Shown here: one piece after another, positions 27,464 through 42,885 of the stretch
How positions within the stretch are numbered: position 1 is the stretch's first letter
Layout of the letters: each line of letters begins with the position of its first letter
Source: the human T2T-CHM13v2.0 reference genome, Homo sapiens
Length of the DNA stretch: 64,000 bases
NCBI RefSeq assembly: GCF_009914755.1
Contig: NC_060926.1
Reading direction: 5' to 3' (one strand)
Notes under the pieces: generated by a model
What the model saw: the letters and a program-made list of their open reading frames with translations, nothing else
Told to the model about the DNA's origin: nothing
Databases searched by the model: none
Position numbers and translations under genes: made by a program

Positions 27464-29482
27464 TGAGCCTCTCTTGATGGAGACCTCCTGAGCCTGGCTT
27501 CACTCTGCCGGTTCCACCTGGGTGGAATGCGTGTGTGGAAACAGGTGACGGGTTAAGCCCTTAGGAAGGTTTCTGGTCCGTGGCCTCTGTCCCCCACCAG
27601 CTCACGAGGCCATTCTGGGCATAACGCATCCACTCTATCCGCCTCCTCCTCATTACCCCTGTCTCATTGCTTACTCCCAGCTGTAGTACCCCACATGTCC
27701 TCAAGAGTTTGGGAGGCGCTGCTGAGCAGCTGCACGCAAGTCCCATGGTCACCAGGAAACATCTTTCACAATGTCAGACTTAAAAGGCCTCAGTAGTCCC
27801 TGGAGAGACATAGAGCTAAAAATTCCAGAACATTTGGCAGGAGGCATCCAGCCGCGGACACATGTTCCTGGGATTGCAACAACTTTCTTTTCTCCTATCC
27901 CTACTCCCCCCACCCGCCTCTCTCCTTGACAAAAATCACAGGAATGGGATGTAGAACAGGCAGTTAGGGCCACGGGTCTCAAAAGCACAAGTAATGTGTT
28001 TCTCTGAGTGGCACTGGGCCCGTGTCTGCACATTCTGCCTCTATGTGAGTCATTGTTCACCTTGTTCAGAGCAAATCTACTCTGTATGAGGATCCAGCAC
28101 CTTCCCTCCTACACTACCCTGCAGAGGGCTGGAATTATTCCCATGGGGATTTCCTCCTGGGCCCCATAAGCCCCCTGGTCACAACAGTGAGTCTGTAGCC
28201 TGGTCAGGGAGAGAACAAGCTTTCTTCACTTTCCCAGCCAACACGTTGCATACTAGGGCCATACATCCCGGCCTCCTCTCAAGGGGCCTGTGTTGGGCCT
28301 GACGCCTCTCTCTCCAAGAGGTTATGTGTTCATCTCTCTGCTGAGCCAGGGGCTGTGTCTTCGGCTGCTCTTTGTTTCTAAGACGCTGGGCACAGTGTCC
28401 TACAAATAGTTGCTTAATGAGCCTGGATGATGGATTGGCCCTTCCTCTCTCCCCGTCCTGCACTGAGAATCCTTTTATCTTGGCAGTCTCATGAAGCCAA
28501 TTTTTATAGGATCAGCATTTTCTCTAAGTAGGCCCGGTCTCCCACGTTGGATAGAAAGGATGGTACTGTTAGGGAAAGGGATGAGTTTGGGTGGCGAATG
28601 TTGTGACTGTAGCCAAGAGCTATTCCTGGGTGTCTAGTGAATGTCCTGAAATGATCTTGCAGGCCTGAGTCCTGAAGTAGTCCTCAGAGGATATGAAGAC
28701 AGGCCCTCATTCACACAGGGCGTAGACTTGCTGGGGGCTTCATTCCTTCCCAGTCTAGTAGCTTCTGTGCTGCCTCTGACTGCCTCTCACCTCGCCACCT
28801 GCCCTTCCCTTGTCCTCAAGCGCAGCTCAGGAAGATATCGTTATCAGCACATCAAATCCTCTGCTTCCTTCCTGGGCTGAGGGAGGGCCCCTTATTACAC
28901 AGATCCATCTTGAAGAACAATTTCAATTTGCCCAAAGTTTCTCCAAACTATAGTCAAGCTGGCATTTTAACCTCAAGGAAACTTTGGGAGCCCCCTCAAG
29001 CCCCCTCTCCGGTGGACTTAATTGCCTCCCACCGGCAGTAGCTTATTTTAGGTAAACTGTGTAGAAGAGACCCCAAGCGTTTAGCTGAAACTCATACACT
29101 TCTTGCCTCTCAGCCAGGAATTTTATTTGAACCAATGGGAAGGAAAATTCTGGATTTCTCACATAAAATGGAATTGGTCTAAGCAAAGAGGGCACTCCTA
29201 AATTTTAGTACAGATACAGTTGGTGTCTAAGCCTGACTTTCTCTTGATTTGGTGGTTCCCAAACAGAATTTAAAATATACCTTGAACTCATCTTCCAGCT
29301 TTTCTTAGGAGAGCTTAAAGCACTTGTTCAAACTGGATTTAAGAGGTATCCTTGGCTTTCCCAAATTCCTAAACATTTTCACTAGATGTAGCCCTGCATA
29401 CAAGCCCTAATTTAGTAGGTGGCCTTAAGGTCAGCCACTTATCCCCATGGACGTAGGCAGTGGTGCCAGCGCACATCCACTA

Positions 29483-29505
29483 ACACACACACATTCACAC
29501 ACACA
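29483..29505 (+). repeat. Short interrupted (CA)n
   Basis: acacacacacattcacacacaca. Confidence 0.8.
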
Positions 29506-29660
29506 ACTGTAAGGGCAGATGGGGGTTAATAAGTGGTTGTTTTAGATTAGTGTTTTAATTATAGGAAGTTTTTCCTTCCCTTTCCCTCTGTTGGCAATTT
29601 CATATTTTTATTGATAAAATATGTATTTTATTATTTTTATGCTTACTTTTCCAATTTTAA

Positions 29661-30012
<352 letters not shown>

Positions 30013-30498
30013 TATTTTGTTTCTTAAATTTTTTTGTTTTTCAGTCACCACAATTTCACCATGCATAAATCACAACGGTTAACAATTTAGCATCTTTGCC
30101 TTCTTTTCCTGTGCACTTACGTTTTTATGTAGCCAAGATCACACGTTGCATTTTGCTGCTTTCCTTAACAGCGTCTAAGTCATCAGCACTCTATTGTGAT
30201 GATTTATCTTAAAAATATTCCAAGCGATCATTTTTAGTAACTGTGTAATATTATATCATAAAGTTAAAACATAATTTGTCATTCAATTGTTGAAATTTTT
30301 AGGTTACGTATATTTTCTCTTATAAATATGTAAATATGTATATAAAAAGTTATATACAGTTTTTTATAAATCTTTGTGCATACTTTATACTGTTTCCTTA
30401 GCATAGAGACTGTGGAATAGGATTTCTTGAAAAAAGGTAAAAGTGTGAGTATGCATATATACTGTTACATATATGTTATTATTATAAAGGTAATATTC

Positions 30499-30791
<293 letters not shown>

Positions 30792-31759
30792 AATATTTAT
30801 TCTTTATAGAAATTTAGGAAAATACAGAGACATGGGAAGAGAAAAAAAATCCACACCCATATTTCTATCACTGAAACATTTTGGTATGTTTACTTTCAGT
30901 ATTTTTCTATGCACTTAAAAAATAAAATTGAGACCATACTGTACATGCTGTAGTGAATCCCTTTTTCACTTAATATAATATCGTGACTATGTTCTTGTCA
31001 TTTGGTTTTCTTTGTAAAATTCTATTATGTAACATTTCTTAATGCTGAATATTTAGGTTGTGGCATATTATGTTCTTACAAAGAACACTATTCTGAACAT
31101 CATTTTACAGAAATCTCTGCACAGGTCTGATTTGTTTCTTTGGAATAAGTTCCTGGAAGTAGAATTACTGATTCAAAGAGATTCAACATCATTAAGCCTT
31201 CTGATTATATGTTACCTTAAAAACAGAAAAGATCAAAGAGTTTATCAAAATATAAGCTCCCAGCATTGAAAGCTCTAGCAAATAGAATCTCCAGGGTAGA
31301 ACATCTATAAAGATGGGATAATGGTAGAGCTTTTTGGATAGAATCAGAAAGATATTTGGCTATTTTAAAGTGTTTAGGAGATATTGTACATCTTCCTATT
31401 GTTTGTTAATTACTTATTTCAAGCATGATGATAACAGTTGATGATGTTCAAGCAACATTTAGCCAGCATTGCAAAATAGCTGGTGATCATATTCTTGTCC
31501 CCTAGTAGGTACACTGACACCCTCTGTGGATTAAAAATGTACACAGGTCAGCGATTACTCAGCTTTTCTCCTTTATTCTATTAATGACATTGAGCATTGT
31601 GTAAACCTTGAAGAAGACCAGTAAAATTACATTGTTCTGGAGACCCAAGAAGGTTCACCAGATGCATGCTTTGTCTCTGAACCAACTTGGCTTTCCTGGG
31701 GTTCCAGATCTGGCTCATGAATAACTCATGGTTGAGAAATATTCCTTCCCTGGAATTAA

Positions 31760-32077
<318 letters not shown>

Positions 32078-32868
32078 TGGGCTGGACTCTTAAAAGTAGA
32101 TCTTAACATAATGGAAGTCTTGGACCCAGTGTCGAAGGGCCACGTACCCAACAACTCTCCAAGGGTCTAGGTGCTTTGCAACACGTAGACAGCCCAGGCC
32201 AGTGCTCTAGCAGGGTCCACATACTCCTGATGGTTTACAAAGTTCATTTAGGTGCTATACAGACAGCTTGAAAAATGTAAGACTAGTTTTCCATTTATGT
32301 AGTGGTAGATTTTTAAACAAGTATGTTTTAAATAAATGAGTGGAGGAAACTAAGACATGTATGTGGACATAACAGGGATGATGAAGGTGATATCACAAGG
32401 CTGACACATACCAGCTTACATGAGTGTGAAATTCCACAGCACAATCCTTTTAGGATCCTCTAAAATGGGTATCTCTTTGGTCATGTGCCCCTCGGGTATG
32501 GCAGTTGAAGCATCAGGAACCTTCCTGACTGTTTTCATTGGCAGTTGAGTGTTAGAGATTTGTATGCCAAATTACTTCTTAATAATGCTTATACTACTTC
32601 ACATTTTAACAAAATGTTAAAATGGGAGGACAGCTGCCTCTGGGGTTCACAGACACTTTCCAAAGGACATGATGGCAGGGAGGGTTTTCAGGAAATCCAT
32701 TTCCACATCTTAAGCCTTCTTCTCTTGCTTTTTGCAAATTGCATTTCCTGAAGACTAGCTTCACCTGCTTCCTTGTCCTACCTTTCTTTCAAAACTGCCC
32801 TTCTCCCCCTTTACAAGAGGAGAACCTGTCGCAATTCAACTCACTATTGCAGTAAGAAACCTTCATTA

Positions 32869-33187
<319 letters not shown>

Positions 33188-34207
33188 TTACCTTTGTGTT
33201 TAATAATTATTTGTGATATGTTTGTTGATCAGTTATATACTAATAGCTGCAATAAACCAATCCAGAATTTGTAAATTAACAAAGCCTTAAAGTAGGACAT
33301 TTTTTAAAATATCATTTTGTATGCATAAATACATCTTTTTATTGTAGAGAATTATGAAAAGCTAATGACTAAAAACTTTCAAACATAAAAATATATTACA
33401 TCAAGAAAAAATTCTGTGGAGAAGTAGAATGGAAATACAGTTTTACATAGAGAAAGTAAGAATACAAGATTTGACTTAAGAGCTTGTTCTTGAGTTTTTT
33501 AATAGGTCATGGTTGCCGTCAAATTCTTATGGTATTTGTAATCCATTTAGTACATTTAAAAGAGTGGTATGTATATTTTATTTTAAAATGTCAATATGTA
33601 TAATATATCAGGGATTTTAGAACATGTGAAAGGAGACAGAGTTGTTCAGAATTCCACTGGGGACTACACTAGAAGTTCGGAAACCATGGATACGTACACT
33701 TTCTTCAGAATCAAAGCGATGGCACTGTAGGTCCTCAGAGGGGAGGGCAGCTTTGAGCTTGGTCCTATCACCTTGATAAGGAATGTCCTCTACAGTAGCC
33801 TGACATCGGGTTACCTAGATATTCTTTGGACACTGTGACACAGAGTCCAGAACCTCTCAGCACAGAGGGATTACAGACTTAAGAATCCGGATAACTGGTT
33901 TCTAATCTTGGCTTTGCTGCTACCTATGTCATCTCAGGCAACTCACATCACCTATTTGGGCCTGATTTCCATGTGTATAAGTGAGAGAACTAATCCTTAT
34001 TGTGTTTTTTAAAAGTCGAATAATGACATGAAATCCACCATCCTAATCCTAAGATGTGCCCGTTGGAGTTTAAAAAACAAAAGCAACAACAAAAACCTGT
34101 TCTTTCCCTACCTATCAGCCTTTCAGATATCAGAAGGCACCTTTTATGTTCCCCTCAAATCTTTACCAGTTTTAAAATATGTTGTTTTTCAACCTTGACT
34201 TACATAG

Positions 34208-34506
<299 letters not shown>

Positions 34507-34539
34507 CATAGTCATCTTACTGAGGATTATTTCTCCAGG

Positions 34540-36295
34540 CCAACTATTCTCAAACCTTTTGGTCTCGGTCCCTTTCACACTCTTAAAACTTATTTTAGGA
34601 CTACCCAAAGAGCTTCTGTTCATGATTATGTCTTTTGTTTTGATTATGTCTTTTGATATTTACTGTTTCAGAAATTAGAACAATTTTCAAAATTTTTACT
34701 TATTCATTTAGAGTAACAAAACTGTTACATGTTAATGTAAATAACAGTTTTTAGTAAAAAATATATTTTCCAAAACAGAAAATGTTTAATGAGAGGAGAG
34801 GCATTGTTTTACGTTTTTGCATGGCTGTTTAAAGTCTAGTTTAATAGAAGACTAGGCTAGACTCTCATGTGCTTCTCCAGTCAATCTGTTGCAGTATGTG
34901 TTGGTTGTTGGTTGAAGTCAATGAAGGATATCTAGCCTATGCAGATTTGTTTCTTTGGTACTTCACTAGTTTTTTTCCTCTTTCTTTCTCTCTTTCTCTT
35001 TTTTCCTTCCTTCTTTCTCTTTCTTTCTTTCTTTTTCTTTCCTTCCTCACTCACTCCCTCCCTCCCTCCCTCCCTCCTTTCTTTCTTTCTTTCAGCGTTT
35101 TGCTCTGTCACCCAGGCTAGAGTGCAGTGGCATGGTCATAGCTCACTGCAGCCTCCAACTCCTGGACTCAAGTGATCCTCCTGCCTCAGCCTCCCCAAGT
35201 CCCTATGACTATAGATATGTGCCACCATGCCTGGCTATTTTTTTTTAATTGTAGAGATGGGGTCTCACTATGTTGCCCAGGCTTGTCTTGAAATCCCGGC
35301 CTCCAGCAGTCCTCCCACCTCAGCCTCCCAAAGTGCTGGGATTATAGACATGAAACACTGTGCCCAGCCAACAAGTGGTAGTTTCTTAAATGTTAGTGGC
35401 AATGTGATATCTGACATCTTATCAATGACCTTTTTGTACACTAAAATTCATTAGTCTATTTTGCACTTTGAGTGCATCTTTTACCCATGCTTAGTATAAT
35501 GTTCTGATCATTTGGAAAATATAGGTTCACCAAGTTATGCAGGTCTTCAAAATGTTGACTCATTTCATTATACAATATCATAAAATCACATTTCTTAATG
35601 TCTCTACTGATCTCAAGCATTAGGAAGCTGTCAGGCTCATGGTGGCTGATACAACTTTTTCAAAATTCTAATTTTCACTTGAAAGCTCTATTTTTATCAT
35701 TGGTGACAAATACTGTTATTTTCCTTGAAGTGACAGGCTCACTTTGTCACTTTGTCCATTTTTGAGAAAATGCCTGCCAAATACCCAAGTTGGAATAACT
35801 ACAATTTGTTGGTCATTCTTTCAAGTAAGAATGGTGCTCCGTGGCATGAGCGGCTAGTTCAGCTGGCAACTCTGTCACATGACTGCTTTCCTCAAGACAG
35901 CTGTTGTACTTCCGTCAGCAGCAGAAATGTTGTAGGCTAACTGTCCATTTCACTGTGCCACATACATAAGTGACATGTGGTTGAGTCAATATTTAATATA
36001 AATTACTTTTTACCACTTCATCAAGGGCATTAATTTTTTTTGTTTGCTTGCTTTCGTTTTAATCGTGAGGGTGAGCTGGCGAACAATTGATGATGCCAAG
36101 TATGGTTTGCTGCCACTATGTTAATTCTCGCCAAGGTGCCAGCAGTTTCTTCCACTGTTGCTTTCTATACCCTTAGTGCAAGTGTTAACACTGAAAAAGG
36201 CAAACGACATCTTAGTATTACTATGAAAATATGTTACCTCTGTGGAGGCTCCCTCACTGAAAGGATCTTGGCAGTTGAGCTTGGAGAATGGCTGC
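34540..36295. mobile_element. hAT-like DNA transposon fossil interrupted by an AluJ
   Basis: Starts ctattctcaaaccttttggtctc...cactcttaaaa and ends ...ttggagaatggctg (degenerate inverted termini); AT-rich interior; subfamily not assigned. Confidence 0.55.
34970..35369 (-). mobile_element. AluJ-like element with expanded (CTTT/CCCT)n tail (34970-35093)
   Basis: ~124-nt pyrimidine tract followed by reverse AluJ body. Confidence 0.92.
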
Positions 36296-38179
36296 CCTAG
36301 GCTAAATAGAATATGCCTGATGAGAGGGTAGCAGGTCCATCAGCTCTCTGTTAGTGTAGATGGTTTCATTGAAAGGCATATACCTCTAGGAATATAGCCC
36401 TATTTGCTTCAGTTGTTAGCCTCAATGCTGCAGTTGTGATCAACTAAAATCTCCAAGCTTCTTTTATGGGAGCTACTATCAAGGAAGACGTCTTGCGTGG
36501 GGCAAAAAAATTTTTTGTGGAGGACAAAGTGAGTCGTCCTGGTAGTGCACTGTAGAATGGGTAGAGACGGAATGAAAGTGGAGTAAAGGCCGTGGGGCAG
36601 GGCTGCAAGGAAGGCCTTCGAGATTTGTTTCCATCCAGGGATGTTTTTGGAAGCTACGTGGTGGGGGTTAGGAAGGGAACCCAAACAAGAAATGGAAGGC
36701 AATGGGACAGGCTAAATATTCAAGATTTGTGTTTCCAAAAAAAGAATGCGGGGATAGTTAGAAATGGCAGCTGAGAGAGGTGTGACCATGGGACATTGGG
36801 TAGTACTAGTGGAGGGAGGATAGAGAGACGGATGTGCCACCCACAGATGCCTGGAGGTGACAGGGGGCCAGTCTTCTTTCCAGAAGGTAATGATGATACA
36901 GTCAAAAAGTCGTGAATATTTGAAGTCATCTGTGCCTGATAACAAGTCTTTTCTCACTGCCCCGGAGAAAAAAGTTCTCTAACATTCCAAAAGCCTCCTC
37001 ATTCCACTGGGCCCAGAGTTAGCAGTAGAAATTAGTGCAATTAATTAGAATTTGGAACTCCTGACTCGCAGGATGGGTGTGTGTTTGAGAGATGTTTATG
37101 AAAGATGGTGTTTATCCAAAGGATTTCCTTTTCTTTTAAGTTTCAAGGCTGGAGGCTTAAGCATCTTTGATCCAAAGGAAGGAGGTCTAGCAGTTGTTAT
37201 AAGCCCCAAATCTTTGCTTAAGTCCTCTATAGGATTAGAGGCACCAGGGCAAGGCAGAACAGAGTGAGGTGGATGTTCTGTAACCCCAGTCCAGGGGAGA
37301 TTTAAGGAAGATGAGAGTCTTAAAGATGGACAGTCTCTGAGTAGAGACTGGAGAATATTCTTCCTTCCCTGCATCTAGTTAGTAGCCCTGCTGCCCCTTT
37401 GCTACAATTCTTTCTGTTCTTATTAGCCACATTTCACGTGGAAAAGCCAGTAAAATGCAAATAATAATAATGATGATAATAAAATAGCAGGAGGCAAGTA
37501 TTTCAAAGACGGAATTTCTTGCCTTCACACATTGTTAGGGGGCAAAGAACAGGTGGGTTTTTTATTTGAATTAGCTGCTGCTTGTTCATTCATCCCTTGG
37601 CAGAGCAGGATGCTGGTAGAGATCTGCCCATTGTTATAAGCCAGCCCATCGTAGGAAGGAAGGAACACACAAGGCAATTCATTGTTGTTCTCCAGGAGAA
37701 GTAAGAAATCCAGACGTTGGGAAGCTGAGGGGCAGGCCCCTGGAGTAAGTGAAAGGAGGAGGTAGAAGAAGAGGAAGGCCTCTGGTTGGGGGCGGGGTAG
37801 TGACAAGGGCATGGTTTTCATTCCCGCGGTCCTAACCCACGCCCTGGGGAAACAGAGCCACAGGGAGGGAAGTGATGAATGAAGTTGCAGCCATTTCTCC
37901 TAAGAACTCGGCCTAGGATTTGTGGGCACAAGCCCAGGAGTGCTGCGTATTTGCTCCTGTCCCAAGCCACAGCTGTTGACCCCTTGGTTCCTCACTCTAA
38001 ATGCTGCTGGGGGACCCCAGCTTTACCTAGTAAGAACCATCATTAGGAAGGTAGAGTTTACAGGGCATGTTCACACATACCTGTGTTTGATTCTCTCCAA
38101 AGCCCTGCAAGATCAGCATTAGCACTGACCCAAATTATAGAGGAGTAGAGGAGGAGAATAGGCCACCGCTTCGATGAGC

Positions 38180-38370
38180 CTGTCAGGCACTGTGCTGGCT
38201 CTCAAGGCACAGCACTGTGACCTTGCCAACCATACCGTAAAGTGGAAATGATTTTCTCATTTTACTCGGGAGGCAGCTGAGGCTCAGAGGCGATAAAATG
38301 ACGTGACCAGGGTCATAGCGATAATAAAAGATGGAGGCGAGGAAAAAGCCAGATCCTTCGGACTCTGTGG
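38180..38370 (-). mobile_element. MIR
   Basis: tgtcaggcactgtgctgg...tctcattttac...gctgaggctcagagg...tgaccagggtcatagc. Confidence 0.7.
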
Positions 38371-39150
38371 TCTGCCTGTGGGAAGAGCAATTTTCCTGAG
38401 CGGGTTTGGGCTGATTGTTCTTACTTCTCTGCAACAAGAGAGGGTAGAAGCTTACTGTGTGGTTTTGTCCACAGTGCCTTAGGGAGCTAGCCTGGTTATG
38501 TATCTCAGGCTCGCTCCCCTCCCTCTCCACCCCCGGCCTTCCTCTTTCCTCTTTCCACCTTTGCAAAAAAGAGCAAGATGTCCAGGCTCCTGAGGTCTCA
38601 GCTTGCAGAGCTGGTCATTAGCCCTTTGTGTCCTGCTAACCACCTTTCATCTCCTCTACCTGCTGGTGTCCGCTTTCCCTATTAGCATCTCTCGGCTCTT
38701 TGCAGAGCCCTCGGCCTCTTTGTGGCCAGCTTGGGTTGTTTGTCAGATGATGGCTGAGAGATGCACACTCAGGGGAGGGTGGCTCTGACCAGGAGCGCTC
38801 ACATTTTCCATGCCAGGTGCCAGGCATCTCTCTCCTCTCCCACCCCAGGGGCAGCCAGGTTTAGGTCACCTGGCATGGAGGCAGACAGTTGATAGCCCGG
38901 TCCCTAAATTTGGGGCCTTTGAAGCCCTGGTGTTGCCTTTCAGTTCCCCTCCAAGGGTGAAATGGGAACTGGCTCACCGGCAACTTTTATGCCTAAGCAA
39001 GAAGCCTGCTGAGGAATTCCTGGTCTCCAGAAGCTCACCCTCAGGCCCAGGATTCTCTGGTCCAACAGCCTCCACTGTTGGTCGGTCAAACAAACGCCCT
39101 GGGATTCCCAGGAACATCCTGCTGCCTTCATCGTCCGCATACTAAATCAT

Positions 39151-39592
<442 letters not shown>

Positions 39593-39764
39593 CCAGAAAT
39601 TCCAGTATCTTACAGACCATCTCTTCCTGCTACGAAGCCTTGAAGCTCCCTTGACCTTTCAAGTGAATTCATTTGAGTTCCCAAAATGCCACGGCCTGTT
39701 GGGACTGGAGGCCACCAGGCAAAGGATGCCTCCGAAGAGGTGTCCCCTGTAAAATTCACCATCA

Positions 39765-39936
<172 letters not shown>

Positions 39937-40307
39937 CTAATAAAAAATAAGAAAGGTGGCTAAAATTTTTATTTTATTTTTATTAACAGAAATTTATATG
40001 TGATATAATATAAACATCAATTTAATGTAACTTTAAATGGCCCTGTGTGGTGAGTGGCTGCTTTGTTGGATAGATGATTTAGTATGAGGATGATGAAGGC
40101 AGCAAGATGTTTCAGGGAAGCCCAGGGCGTTTGTTTGGCCGACCAACAGCAGAGGCTGTTGGAGCAGAGAATCCTGGGCCTGAGGGTGAGCTTCTGAGAT
40201 GAACAATGGTGCTTACTTTTCTACACAGTGGAGAATGCAAGACCTGGGAGATTCATGGTGTGTGTAAATGTCAAGGCTTCATTCCATTTGCAAAGGATGG
40301 AACTTGG

Positions 40308-40992
<685 letters not shown>

Positions 40993-42335
40993 CTTGGTGT
41001 CCATTGGATTCATTTCAGCCATCAGCTTTGGCAGCCCAATGTGGCTGCTGGATGTGGAGTCCAGGGCTGGCAGAGGGAGGAAGGTGTAGGGCTGGGAGAA
41101 TCACAGCTGGGGGTGGATTCTTCTAGACCTGCCCTACCCTGGGCTGAGGGTGAGAAATGCCTCTGAGAGCTGCAGAGAGAAGGGAAAATGATTTGTGTTT
41201 GTTTTTGCCTTTCTGTAGTACAGAGAGAAGGAGCACTTTGGGGAAAGAGGTTTAACCAGAAGCAGTTTCTTTTGGGAACAGGGGCAGTTCTTTACTCCCT
41301 GCCAGTTCCTGCAGGCAGGCAGCATGCCGGCCTGGCCTGCCGCCTCAACCCCTACCTGTCATGTGCTTGGCAAGTCTGACTCAAGTCCTTTTTTCCACTG
41401 CCTACCCCACCCGTCAAATTGCAGTTGCAACCTCTCATTTTTCTGCTGCCTAGATGATTAAAAAGCATGACTTAGTGGAAAAATGTTGACCTCCTTGGGG
41501 TCAGCCTCTGAAGCAGCTGTCAGAGATAAGATTGTGCTGGCAAATTACTCAGCAGCACTTTGCAAGGCTTTCTGTCTGTCTGTAAGGAAACCAGAAGCTG
41601 TTGGTTCTGGGTACTTTTTGTGTTTGGAGAGAGCTACAATTTTGAGGCCCAAATGGGTATAATCTGATAATAAAATAAGATCTCTGATGGAAGGGTTCGA
41701 TTATTGTAGTAATTTTTAAAAATACAATTAATAGGCTTTGTAAACAAACAAACAAAAAAATTTAAACAGTGCTTGCTTCGAGCAATTCAGGGAGCAAAGT
41801 CCTCTGGCAGCTAAGCAGTATCAGAAGTTCAATTCTCAGACCTCTTGCAAGGTCTTAAAAGACTTAATTGTGGAGCTCTCGGTATGAATGGCGCTGTTTG
41901 GAATTATTTTAATTACTGTGTTCATATGACTCCCTCTTGCTTGGAGATTGGATGCTTACTGTAGTTCTTTTGAAACTGCTCCAAAGAGGACATTATAGTT
42001 TCAATTTTGCTTATGTCCTCAAAGTATTTTATCATCTTTATATTTGCCAAGAACTTGTACCCATCTAGTGAGACAAGAAGGTCACCTCATGTCTCAAAAG
42101 GAGAAACTGAGGTGTTTGGGGTTGAGAGGACTTGACCGGAGTTATACAATGGTGGTCAAGGACATAGTGAGCACCTGGGTTGTGTGGCTTAACCCATGCT
42201 ATCAAGTGAACGCTTCATTTGAAGTCCTACAGGTCTGAGTTTGGATCCCAGTTCAGCTGCTTCCCAGGTGCGTGGCTTTGAGCAAGTCACATACCGTCTC
42301 TGTGCTTCAGGTTTCTTATCCACAAAATAGGGTTA

Positions 42336-42690
42336 CAGTAGTCCCCGTTATCTCTGGGGGATACGTTCCAGGACACACAGTGGTTGCCTGAAACCACAGA
42401 TAATACCAAACCCACATATGCTATGTTTTATCCTATACATCCATACCTGTGATAAAGGTTAATTTATAAATTAGACTCAATGTGAGATTAACAATGATAG
42501 CTAACAATAAAATAGAACAATTATAACACTATACTGCAACAAAAGCTATGTGAATGTGGTCTCTCTCTGTCTCTGTCTCTGTCTCACAATATCTTATTGT
42601 ACCGTACCTACCTATCTTGGGATTGCAGTTGACCGTGGGTAACTGAAACCAAGAAAAGCAAAACTGTGGATAAGTTGGGGGGTGGTAACT
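42336..42690. mobile_element. MER44-like (Tigger) DNA transposon
   Basis: cagtagtccccgttatctctgggggatacgttccagga...aaaactgtggataagttggggg. Confidence 0.8.
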
Positions 42691-42814
42691 AGAATTATTG
42701 TGAGGTTTGAGATTCTGCTCAGGAAAAATTTCATCCATCATCATCATCATTAGATTTTTTTCCTTATTTTAATGAAAGACCTGTTTCCAGCTTGAAGTGA
42801 AATCCAATGCTTCC

Positions 42815-42885
42815 CACCCCTCTCCTCCTCTTCGTCCTCTTCCTCCTCTCTTCCTCCTCCTCCTCCCCCTCCCCCCCTCCTCCTT
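42815..42885 (+). repeat. CCT-rich low-complexity pyrimidine tract
   Basis: Seen directly. Confidence 0.85.

Noticed and set aside
41769-41784. gtgcttgcttcgagca resembling the U6 snRNA 5' end
   Set aside because: Only ~12 nt match and no continuation of U6 sequence; consistent with chance.
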